Below, piece by piece: positions 36,262-48,453 of a stretch of 64,000 bases of DNA. Origin of the DNA: Cystobasidiomycetes sp. EMM_F5 (taxonomy: Eukaryota). Location: contig JBPGPT010000016.1 of assembly GCA_051047955.1 (NCBI GenBank), positions 62,001 to 126,000 on the forward strand, read 5' to 3'. Both the position numbers and the translations under genes were made by a program. The notes below the pieces were generated by a model. The model was given only the letters and a program-made list of their open reading frames with translations, was not told where the DNA came from and made no database searches. Position 1 is the first letter of the stretch. Every line of letters starts with the position of its first letter.

Positions 36262-39200
36262 TTACACACTACCTGCCCTTTCATCTTCCAAATATCTGGT
36301 GATCGCTTCAAGCTGATCTCCGCGGGACTTTGTGAGGTATGTCGCCAATACATCCCTAGTTGCGTTTGGCAAAACGTCCGCCATGGATGTCAGCTTTGCG
36401 TCAAATTCGTGCTGCTGTGCGAATCCGGAGCGTTCAGCCTGATCTGCTGCACCAGGAGAGTGTTGCGGCATTGCCGTTTGATCTGAATGCGCATATCCAT
36501 TCGGCGTGGCGCCATTGCGTAGGTCAATTTGAGCATCTTCCGGTATCGTGCTACCTGATAATGACGGCCTTGGCCCGCTAGGTCGCAATAATTCCGGCCG
36601 ATAAGTCGAAGCGAACACTGACTGTGATGCTGTCGGGGGACTTTGTAACGGCGAAGAGATTGACAAATTGCCGGCACCGACACGCTTGCTGGTCTTGCGT
36701 CCCAAACCGAGAAAGCCACGCTTGCCGGATTGTGCAAGAGATCCTGCTGACGCCGCCGGCACGCTCACTTGACTGCGGATAGTTGAGGTTACACTGCTTG
36801 CAGCCGACGTCGAGAGAGTATGAGGATTACTGTACACCCCAGGATACGGGATGTTGGCAGGCACCATTGTGGACGGAAATATAGCTGGGCCGCGCTGAGT
36901 AATGTCTCGTGCTCGATGCACATCAGCTCCGCCAAATCGTAAAGGGAAAGTCACCGAGGATGCGGCGGTCTCCTCCCGGCCATGCCGTACCGATTGCAGA
37001 GAGGGCGAAGATTGTACGATGGCGTTGCTGTCCACACCGGACACCCTCGATGTTGTGCTGCTGTCTTGGAGTGAGGCTGTCATAATGAGTTAGCTTATGA
37101 GCATCTTGCCGCCGAGGCAGATCGTCACCTTGAGGCGCTGTGGTCACAGACCACAGCCATACTTGTAAATCACTGCTGCAGTTCGCCAGCTCGTTGATCT
37201 TCATGGCGTACACTTTTGCACGTTCGCCAGGTCCTCGGCACTTCCTGATATCATCTGCAAAGTAGTATGCAGGCGGAAGTGGCTTGTCCTTAGTGAGGCG
37301 TTGCAGACGCGAGCTGTAGTTTTCGTTACGATTCTGCTCCCAGGATTGTCGAGTATGACTTTGACGTCTGGAAGGTGTAGGGTAAGCTATGAATGATGAA
37401 CCCTGCTCATCGGGCTTGTTAGGAATATGCAGAAGAGACGGCGTGAGTTGTGTTCGTTTGGGTTCCGAGTCTTGTGAGGTAGTTGCAGGCAGACTTCGAG
37501 GTCGTGTAACATCAGTTGGCGCCGCAATGGGTATCGGTGACACCAGATTGCGGTGTTCCGAAACCTCCAATCCGCTTTGCGCGGGCCCCAATTGAGCTTG
37601 CTCCGTCTCGTCCACATTGTTATCTTTGAAAGGCACAGCGGGGGGCGATGTTTTTTCGATTGCTTCACCGATAGCGGCGTTCAATTCTTCAAGTATGTCC
37701 GTGGATGCGCTAGTCGGCATCTGCGGCAGGACGTGGCCGATACTGCCAGGTCGGGAGAGATGTGGCACGCTTCCAGATCGCTGGTGCCTTGCAGCTGGAT
37801 CTAAGGGCAGACCAGTAGGGGTTGATGGCTTGCTACGTTTGCGAAGCATCTGGAGAGCATTCATAATTGGCTCTTTGGGTGACTCTGGTCTAGATGTGTT
37901 CTTGGGAGCAACACCGTCTCCGTGAAGACCGGTGGGCAGGAATCTTCGGAGAGACGAAGTTTCGGAAACAAGAGACTCGTCATCTGCTTGATTTTCCGCA
38001 TCACCGGAGCCGACTCGGTGGTTCCGTGACAATCGACGAGCCATATCACTAGCGGTGCGAAAGAGGGAGGGACTGAGTATGCGCTGCGGTTTTCCAGGCG
38101 AAGGTCTGCCGATGGCGTTTGGACAAGTGCACATTCAGTCGAGGCGACCGTAAGCATAGCGTATATATTCACTCACGGTTGAGAGCCGTATGATGAGGCA
38201 TCGCTCGTAGACCGCAGCATCGGCTGGGTCAGTGGAATTTGACCGGGCCGCATTGTATTGCGACGGCGATCCCATTGAGAAACGCTGCGGAGTCTCTCGG
38301 GGGACTGAGCGCCATCGGTCGGACTTCCCGTTTCAGCGAGATTCTCGATAGAGTCCTTTGCATGCCACAGTTCGTTGGCTGACGCTGGTGCAGGGCGTGT
38401 AATTGCAGGACCAGTACGAATGCGTAAGCTAGCCGATCGAGCAGGCGGGAAGTAGGACGCCTTGTGGCTTTGCGCGGTAGCATAGTCCGAGATTACGGCT
38501 GAGCTGTCTTCGCTAGCATGAGCTTCGCTAGACATATCCCGCATCATTGGGTGCGCTGACGTGCGCACACGTTCCTTTGCATCTTCTGAAGGTCGCAACG
38601 TACTCCTCCTTCGGGCGTCTTTCGCGTTGTTTGACCTGTCAAAGTCCAAGTCATCGTCCGCGTCGCTTTCCATATCGTCCATTGGCACGTAGGAAGAGGG
38701 GAAATTGCTTGTCCTTGCAATGACAAGAGGCAAGGTTTTACGGTTTGGATTACGGTCCCCTTCATCGGAGTCGTCATAATTTGATAGTTCGGAAGTCGGG
38801 CTGCGAGGCGGACTTGGAGGACGGGGAGGAGCCGAACTGCTAGGTATTTGAATATGTAGGATCTCCTCAGGCTGGACATCATTTGAAACAGCGGAGGCAA
38901 CGGTCGAAGACTTCGTTGATAATCTATCCCGCGACGGCGAACCCGTGGGAGATATAGGATCAGTCATTGGCAGAGGTCCAGTTTCAGCAGCGTAAGCGAG
39001 AGCGTTCATACGCAATTCCGCCAGGGCACGCAAATTCCGCTCTTCGTCTTCACGTTGCCCTTCATTTCGCCCCGACAGCAGACTACGCATGCGACTCATG
39101 GAGGATTTGGGTTTGACGATGTTGTCGACCGATGACTGTGACCCGTCCGCAATCGAGAAGTATGACGGTGTACTTAGACGAGGTGAGCTTGGAGCCTCGC

Positions 39201-40630
39201 CTGCAGCTGCGAAATGCGCTGCAGTCATCGTCGCATCTCGATCTGCACTATCAGCTGCCCCAGCTGCATCTGATCGAAACTTCTGTGTTGGGCTCAAGAC
39301 CGGACTAGCCTGACGCGACGAATCCCTCTTCTTGAGTCTAAAGAGCGAAGATGCTCGACTGCTGCTCGCTGAATTACGCGATGATACCGAAGCATCGCTG
39401 AGGTCTCCAAATATATCGGCGGACGAAATACCTCCACCACTGGCGACTCTCTTGCCCCTGTTAGAACGACCGCGACTATTCTCGGAGGGAGAATACGAGT
39501 CTTGCCGCGTGATCAAGGACAGCCCAGTCCGAGATGCAGGTCTGGACAGTGACTTGATCTTTGTCGCTTTGCTTCCTGTCGTAGATTCGAGTTGAAGAGG
39601 ACCCATGATGGGATCATAAGGTATTCCAGCTGTAAATGAAGCCAGATGAGGATTTGCAGGTAGTGAAGGCGAAGGCGTACCGCCGCCGGATGAGGGAGAC
39701 GCAGACGAGGAAGATCTCATAGACGCTTCTCGGGAGGTCTCTGGACGTGGATGAGGAGATAAAGAAGCTGCAGCATGGCGCGAGGCGTATGTCTGGTCGT
39801 TTCCGCCACTTGCGTCCATCGCGTGTGGCGATGTACTGCCCGAACCTGCGACAGGATGTTTGACGATCGATGGAGAGGGTAGATACGAGGTTGATGGACT
39901 CGGTGTGATTTCCGCTATAGGCGTCCTTGACGCCGTGTACGACTGTCCAGGCCGCACCGAGCCAATAGGAGCGTTCTTGACGACACTCAGCCCTCCAAGG
40001 CTCGACATGCGCTGCGAAGGGTTAGTGACGCGTCCTTCTTGCGATTTTCTACCATCAGTCGAGGGAGTGTTTGACGATGATACTCCGCCTGCCCGTTGTT
40101 GCGATCGTTGAGTAGACTCGGCAGGTCGAGCAGAATCGAGGGAACTTCTCTGAGGAATGACCTGTCCCGCCTTGTCTTGGTCGAGGACTGTCGTTGTCGG
40201 ACCATCAAGTCCAGCTGCTTGTAGTAGTATGGTGGCACTACTACGTCGTCGCTCAATATGTTTTGCTGGACGAGCGGGCAGCAACAAGTTGGCAGAGGAG
40301 GAGGAACCCGCATCGTGTAGCGTAAAAGGCTTTGACAATGTTGATTCATCTGGCAGCAGTCTTGGACCACTTGGCCGACCTATATTCGTTAGCGGTTGAA
40401 ATGGCAGTCCACCGGGAGACCAGTAGAGGGGATTGAGCGTCATTGTTCAGATGTTGAGCAAGGCAAACGGCATCAAGCAGAGATGACCTACGTTTCGGAG
40501 ATATCTCTGGCGGAGTACTCGCGTTATTCTCACCTGGTTCCCGAAAGTAGTACTCGTCAATAATCTTGCTGGCTTCCGTGGAGTTTGCATGACGATTGTT
40601 TCCGCTCTGCGCCATATCGCCGATGGGCAT
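36262..40630 (-). CDS. Large Ser/Pro-rich protein with a PPxY motif and a C-terminal CUE/UBA-like three-helix domain (4 exons)
   Basis: ORFs 40346-40630, 38173-40443, 36923-38134 and 36262-37083 are joined by canonical introns. Block LPPAYYFADDI..ERAKVYAMKINEL; C-terminal KLTSMADVLPNATRDVLATYLTKSRGDQLEAITRYLED. Confidence 0.7.
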
Positions 40631-41560
40631 GGCAGTGCGTCTGCAGTTTCAGTGAGCCCTTAATAACGCGATGACTGCGGTAGCGGGCGGCGGTTCCACG
40701 ATTCGAGGCCTAGGCTGCGACTAGTAATTATCGAGTGCGCGCGGGATGGCGTGGTCAAACAATGCACGACAAATGCATGGGTGTGCAGTCATCATGAATC
40801 TCAGAACATGATTCTGTCAGACGTTGGTGTGCGGTCGTCGTCATGCAGGCTTTCGGTAAACTGGGCGCACTTTCCGGGTATGGCCCTTGCCTCTGCACCT
40901 TGCAGACACTTCTCCAACAGAACAATGCTACTGCTACCGCATTACACCTGCAAATACGCGATGAAGCCCTGTGCTCGCAAACGCATTACGGCAACCTGCA
41001 GGTCTTCCCAGCGAAATATCCGATGGAGGGAATAAAACACGCCAGTCACCTTGGAGAGCCACGACACGACAGTACAACGTGCTGCATCCACTTTTATACA
41101 AGCATGATGGCAGGCTTGTATCGCACATCGTTCACTCCACGACACCCTGTACTTGATTGAGTCGATGCGAGATCTGTGGTCGATTCCTTCAAAGCGCGTC
41201 ACAGCTCTTGACGCGACAAACAAAGCGGCACCATACAAATACGCCGTACGTGTTCAGACTACTCCCACTGCATGTGTGGTCTTTGTGTACATGCCTGCTG
41301 CCAACCATTGTTTGGATTGTTTGCCTTTTGCCTATACACCGTCTGCAGGTGCTTGGAATTTCTGAAAATTGTCGACAGACTTGCGTGGGCGAGCGGCTCC
41401 AGCGAGGAGCAAGGGAGGGCAGCAAAAACCTCAGACAGCGGGACAGCAGGGCCACTGGGGAGACTGCGGGACGGCTACACCGCAGCAGCAAACGTACATG
41501 GACGCAGCGGCACTGCTGGACTCACCGCCGAGCGTCTGATTTTCTCAACTCGACTGGCCC

Positions 41561-43681
41561 ATGTCCCAGGAGGATGCGGCTGCCGTTCTGGGCGAGTTCA
41601 TCTACCACATCGACAACCTGCCCGCAGAGGTTGCGTTTCTGCTGGGAGAGATAGCGCACAAGGATGAGCGGGTACACGGTGAGTGGACTGCCCTGCTGCT
41701 GCTGCCATTCCCGTTTTCTGCATGGCTGGCACAGTCAGCCAGGATTTCGATCACTCTTTTTGGACGAGCGAGCAGCAGCTCACGAAACTTCTCCGCAGTC
41801 GGCGAACGAGGCTGACTATTACATTGTCGACTTGCTTACCCTTCAGCTGCCCGGCTACGCATCAACTCTCGCGATGCAAGCATACAGAAGCACATCAAGA
41901 CGCATGGTCTGCTCGCTCCCAACGACAAGGAAGCCATGCAGGTGTCGAAGGTGCGAGCAGACCACGCCAAGATTGTCAAATTGACAGACGAAAAGGTCGC
42001 TCTGGCCGAGCAAGCAGTCCGGCTCGTCGACAAGTACTCTGTCCGGCTGCAGCAGGAGTTTGAGCGGCTGCAAGACATGGGCTATAATATCGGGGACGTG
42101 GAGACGGCATACGCTGCTGCGGCTACTTCTTCTGCCAACGCACCCATCACCTCTGCAATCGGAGGTCTCCCAGCTGGACTCGACCCGAACGCCTCGCTCA
42201 ACAAGAAGCGCAAGCTGCCGTCGTCTATAAACACTTCTCTCCCATCCACTCCTTCTTCTCTCTCTGGCATGCAAGCTACTCCAGCGCAACTATCTGCAGC
42301 TTACGCTAACGCCCAAATGATGGGACAGAATGTGAATGGAGTGGGTGCCTCTCCCACTTCTGCGCAGATACAGGCTCTCGTAGCCGCACAGCAACAGCAA
42401 CAACAGCATCAGCATCTCCAGCAATTGCAAGCAGCACAGCAGGCAGCTATGCAGAATGGCGGCTCACCCGTCAATTCTGCAGCACAAGCACAAGCAGTGG
42501 CCGCCTACATGGAGCAGATGCAAAAACTAGCTGGCCTGACTCCGGCACAGCAGCAAGCGGTTCAGAACCATTTCGCTATAACCTATCAGAATCAGTATGT
42601 GCAAGGTAACAGTCCCGTTGCTGCTACTCCGCCGCCGTCACTGTCTGCATCGGCCGGGCCGAGTTTGCAAGGTGCTGGAAATAGGCCACTACGACCTAGT
42701 CGACTTAGCTCCTCCTTTTCTGCACTCAATGGACAGCAGTTACAGAATGCACAGAATATACAAGCTGGTCTACCGTCTGCTAATGGCGCTCAACAGCAAC
42801 TCAATACTCCAACAGGCAAACCTGCTATTGCTTCTGCAGCCGGCGGTCAAAAGCGAGCGAGACCTCCAATGGTCATCAGTACCTCCACTGGCGCAGTGAC
42901 AAAGGATGGACCGTCTGCGCGAAAAAAGAAGCGCGTCATACATATGAGTGACGATGAGTCTGGGTCGGTCGACGGGGCGACAGAAGAGGATGGCGATGCG
43001 ATAGAGGTGGACGAACGTAAATCATCACGCAAAGGCAAGCCTACTTCGAGAGCTGGTACGCCCATGACTGGTGCTGGATCGGTAGGCCTCGCTTCGTCGC
43101 TCAATCCAGCGCATAAAAAGAACAATGTTGGGAGGGCGGGCCGCGGAAGTGCCATCCACAACTCTGCAGTGTATGCGAGTGGTGATGCTGAGGAAGAGGA
43201 CGCCGACGGTGAAGTAGAAGAAGACTGGACGCGTGGGAACGGCAAGTCGTACCGCGGGCAAGGTGATGTCGATGCCGAAGGTGATGCTGATGCAGAGGGC
43301 GAGCTGGACGAAGGCGACAACCAAGGAGAGGACCGCACGCTATACTGCATCTGCCAGAGGGTCTCGCAAGGCAATATGATTGCGTGCGACAATCCCGACT
43401 GCAAGTACGAGTGGTTCCACTGGGACTGCGTCGGCATCACAAAACAGCCAGACGACAAACAGGCTTGGTACTGTCCGGACTGTCGCGCTCAAATGATGCT
43501 AAAGTCAAATACCAGGCAGATGCAGCATGGCTCCGGTAAAGGCCTGCATGGCATCGGGAAAGGCAATAAGCTCGGCGGGGCAGCGTCACCATACAATCAG
43601 CTCGCTCAGCAGCAGCAGCAAATGATGCTCGCAGCGCAGCATGCTACTCAGTCTGGTCGTGCTTCACGTCGGGGCCAGTAG
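41561..43681 (+). CDS. YNG2: ING-family PHD finger protein, Yng2/ING3-like (NuA4 subunit)
   Basis: N-terminal ING domain IDNLPAEVAFLLGEIAHKD..RDASIQKHIK..EKVALA. PHD finger YCICQRVSQGNMIACDNPDCKYEWFHWDCVG..WYCPDC. Intron 41679-41846. Confidence 0.88.
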
Positions 43682-44005
43682 CAGTTTCCTCACTAGCTCT
43701 GCCGAAATGGTCTACTGATTCTTGGACTCGGGCGATATATTCTAAAGGCTTCGGCTGAAATCTTTTGTAGTCAGTCTGTACACTGCGCGTTTCTGTCAAT
43801 GTTATTCGTCGTAGGTGTGAATCAGCTTTTGGCTTGTCGAGCCTCGTCAGATCGCTGCACCGAACGTGAATACCCGCAAAGCCAAGTGCATTAGCGAGAT
43901 CGCGAGACAGAGTGCAATATATGACCCAACCCACCGCATGACCGCCATGTCAAAGCCGGAGAGCTCGTTCAGGATGCATGCGCGCCATCACCTCTGATCC
44001 ATGCC

Positions 44006-47000
44006 ATGCTCGTCGGGTCCAAGATGCGACAGCCTGTGCTGCTCCTGGGTTTGGCCGTGATTGCGATACAGCCATTGCAAGTGCAGTCTCAAATCCTCAA
44101 CGCCGCCTACACGCCATGCCTGCCAGACGTGGAGCAAGCACCGTGGGAGCAACGTATCAACGTGTCGCGCGTGTACGCTCAGCTGGATACTTCGACATTT
44201 CCGCGCTCGAGCAATGGTGGCGGTGATGGCCAGGCCATTCTGCGTCTGGTTGCAAGCGCAGAGACGCGGGCTCAGTCTGAAGGTTTCAGTAACATCACAA
44301 ACTATCTCGGTGAGTATTACAACAGGAGCATGTCGTATCTTGCTGATAATCCCGTTTTGTGATCCGCGTCCAAATAAAATGCAATCTACTATGGCACAAC
44401 AGCTACCCTGATTACGGAATCGTCTATACTCTCGTTTGCCCCCTACAGCAATCAGACGGCACTGTGCTCGTCGGTTCTTACAGCTATCGGTCCAAATGGC
44501 CAGTCCGGCTCGTCCCAGAGCGCCTTCGCCAACCTGACAGCAGAGTCGTACCCATCTCCGGGCGGCTGCCCATACGGTCCTGGTCCTCTACTTGTCGGCG
44601 TGAATGTACCTCTGGGCGACCTTGTCTCTCCATCGTACTGGAGCTTGGCGACAATTGACGTTCGCATTCGCATACTCGATACTTCGTATCCACCGCTACA
44701 GCTTTCCTGCGTCGACGTGCTCGTGTCTCCACATTACTATGATGGCCTGTCTACAAAACCTGCCGCTGTACAAAGCTCGTCAAGCGAAGGCAGCTATAAG
44801 ACTATCCAAGCGCCATTCGGCAACGATCCGAGCAAGAAGGTCTTCGACACGGTCCTCTGGTTGCCAGTAGCGCTCTTCATCGCCTTTCTCAGCCTCAACA
44901 TAGTGGCTCGCCTCTATGCGGCTACCACAACGACTCGTCATGAGCGGGAAGCTGCGCTAGCGTCCAGTCTGACGGCAAAGATATCCTCCCCATCGTGGTC
45001 TGAGCGAATCAGCGAAGTTGTCGCCGAAACGGTCATTGGGCGTAGTATAATCCGCAGTCGAAGTCTGACGCGCTTCGTGACGCCAAATGTGGGCGACATC
45101 CTATGTCTTTTACAGTGGATCGTCCTCGTTGGGATGTGCGCTGTACAATGGGAAGGCTTCAACTACCCGCTATTTGCAAGACTGGCTTGGAGCATGCTAC
45201 TCTTTGGTAAATTCAACGTTTCTTGCAAGTTTATACGTACTGATAGCGGGCTTCTGCTTACAGACACCACCATTGTCGCGCCAGCGGTGTTTCATCCTTC
45301 TCCACTAAACAGTACCACAGACTATCCTCCAAAAGTGTACAGCTACAATACGCCAAACCTCTTCACGACGACCTCTAGCCCCTTCTTCTTTTCATCCGCT
45401 CAACCGATTGCAAACTTGCTCAGTCTACCGTCGACTACTGTGTACAACCAAACCAATTCATCGATATTCTCAGTGCTGCCGACTGCTCTCGATGCCGAGT
45501 CACATGGAATTGCAAGCCTGGCAGTCATGCTCGGCTTACGCCCACAGGATCTGTTTGCCAATTGCCTCACTTGGTTTGGTGTATTGCTGGGTATTACTCT
45601 GCTGTGCACGCTCTTCGTGCCAGCCTTTGGCTTAGTACTGTGGGACATCATCGGCGGTGGTCAAAGAGGATACCGATCGACATCCTCACATAGCCATCGG
45701 AAGCAGGCTGCCGCAAACCACACCCTTGATAGTCCCGTTTACGCAACAACCCATGCGTCGCCCTCGACAGACTATTTCCGAAATCATCAGCATGACCGTT
45801 ACAGGCCTAACTTTGCTGCACGAGGCGTATCGTTGGAAGGCGCCAGCTTGGACAGCAGTCAAATGTCAAAAGAGTCTGGCACACCCACAGCTGGGCCGCA
45901 GATGCCCAGATCGCCACTGGCAGCCGTGTCAAAGACTCGACAGCTGTCCTACAGTAATGCCAGTGAAGGTGTACAATCGCCCTCGCTGCCCCATCACGAT
46001 AGTGTAGGTGGAAATGATCAGAGGTCAATCAATCGATGGTGGGCCGTTACGTCCGATAAACGGGGCTTCTCAAAGAGTACGAACGACGGTTCAGGTCAAG
46101 AAACGTATCACGTATCGGGTGCCCACGCGAACGACAAGCTCTCCCTATCCCAGTCCTTGTCGGTCTGGATCTCGTTCTGTCAAGGTAGTATGGTCCGTTT
46201 AGTATTCTGGTTCCATCTCCCGATAACCATTCTATCAATCTATCAGCTCTCGCATGCGACGTCTGGCTCTTCGACAGTCACTGTTGTGTTTGCGGTCATC
46301 GTCTTTGTACTTCTGTCCCTTCTCATCCCCTCATACATCGTACTGCGACTTCGCAAGACGTCCTTGCGATATTTGCAGGACGACACCAGAACTCTCCTGG
46401 CTTACGGTCCGCTGTACAACACGTATGCGCAGGACAGCTATACCTTCGTCTCGGCACGCTTCACTGCTAACATCATCGAAGGAGTAGTTGTGGGGAGCGG
46501 CCAAAGAAGAGCCACTATCCAAGTAGCCATTATCCTGGCAGTAGAAGTCGTCGAGACTCTTATTACAGTAAGCTGCCTGTTGAAACCATTTATGCTCGCT
46601 CTCGGCTGATGCACTCCCAGTCTATCTGGCTTCCTTGGGCTGAAGGAGCTGCCCAGGGCCCTCTGCAATTCGTTCTATCTGTTTCTCGCATCATCACTGC
46701 GGTTCTGTTAGTTGTCATATCTCCCTCAGTCAGCATCAACGCAGTAGCTCGAGCGTGGATCTGCTATGTCATCGTCATTCTCCAAGCGGTAATTGTGCTA
46801 CTTCTAGCCCTTGTCGTCCTGGTCAAGGCGATGGAACTGGCTGTACGGATCGTAACGGGTACCGAATTCGACGAGAGTAGGAATCCAAAGACTGGAGGCC
46901 TGTTTGGTGCATTCCGCAGAAAACGGCTACTCGGCTTCGGACGAGCTGGTTCAATAGCGCGAGGGGCAAAGCGGAAACCGAAGGCCGGTCAGCGGACTCT

Positions 47001-48078
47001 CTCGATGCACAACAAGTACACCGATAATCATCAGGAAGACACTCGCTCACCGCATTTGCCGCACACTGCCAATGAGCAAATGGGTTATCTGACTGCGTCT
47101 GATAGATATACACGACCTACCGTTGACATGGCAAATGAGGAAGATGACGGTCAATTCATTGCTTCGGCTTGGCGACACGACCAATACCAAGCATCTAATC
47201 CTAACAACAGTCATATTCAACCTGGCACGTACTCTGCTGGGACTGCTTCTACTGGATTTGCCAAAGTCAGGGCCGGCAGAGCGACAGATGCGGCGCCATA
47301 TACGATGCAAGATTCGCCTTTACCTCCAGGTGCAATGGCTGCATACGGCCCCCATTACGTTAAGCCGACAAATGCGAATGCAGTCCCTCTCGCTAGCGCA
47401 GAAGTCATTCCACCTGCCACGCTCCGCCGAGGACGTGCGGCTTCGCAATCAGCTGCAATTGAGCAATACGAAGATGAGGATGGCGAGATATCGCCTACCC
47501 AGACCGCACCGCTGGCTCGAGATCGGCAATCTCAGGTACTCAACGGACACTTTGCGACCTTGCCTGTCAATACGACAGATTCGCGTAGACTGTCTGCACC
47601 GATGCCATCTTCGCCTACTCTCCCGTCAGCTCGTTCGCGTACGAGACCTACGTCCAGCGGTGCTGCTCTCGGATGGAGGCGCGAGAACTCGACTGCTTCA
47701 GCCTTCTTCTCGAATTTGTTTAAGGGACCGGCAAAAAGCCAGGAGGGCGATGTCGATGAATGGACAGACTCTTCGGACGATGAAGCTGGTAGTTCGCATC
47801 AGCCATCTCACAGCAAGCTTTGGCCTTTCAACAGGTTAAAAACCAAGCGAAGCCAAGCGGAAGCGCTGGCTCTCAGTGCGGTACAGGCAGACGGTCCAAG
47901 GCATCACCGTTATCGCGACGAAAACGAAGCGTGGGAAGAGGAAGCTGGTCAGAACGACAATGCGGGAGAGCACGATGCAGATATAGAGGCTTCCCAGACG
48001 TCTTTGCCTCCAACCAAAAGTTTTGTGGTAGTCCGACAGCCAAGACAAGGGGCGGCCAGGACATCTTCGGTCATTTGA
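44006..48078 (+). CDS. Fungal TRP/Flc (flavin carrier-like) multipass membrane protein with an N-terminal lumenal domain (4 exons)
   Basis: Signal peptide; CPYGPG..IRILDTS...LSCVDV lumenal domain; LQWIVLVGMCAVQWEGFNYPLF; LLAYGPLYNTY; several TM helices; long cytosolic tail. Confidence 0.8.
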
Positions 48079-48453
48079 GTATTTATGAGTTGTTCTGCAT
48101 ATGTAGCATAGATGATACATGGCGAAGTGCAGCTGCGAAGCAGGTAATATGTTTATTTGGAATAACATGCATGATGCATATTGCCGAAGTCTCGCGGAGA
48201 TTTGGGATAGCAAACGCGGTCTTCAGCCATAAGCCGCAATGTAGCGATGCATATTCGACTGTCGCATAGAATAATGGTCGCACAGCTAGATTGACCTCGA
48301 CCTCGGTGCGACTGTGTGCCAAAACACCAGAAATAGAGGCAGAATGAATAATTGGCCGCTTCGGCATCGCGCGAATTGGTGACTGCGACAAGCTGAGCTC
48401 CGAGTCGCCCAAGCGTGGCTCTGCGCCAACCACTTTAATGTGTCGTCCTGAAA

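Noticed and set aside
40631..41560. Possible small gene between the divergent 40630 and YNG2 starts
   Set aside because: None of the short ORFs gives a convincing spliced product or motif. I treated the region as promoter/UTR, though a noncoding transcript cannot be excluded.
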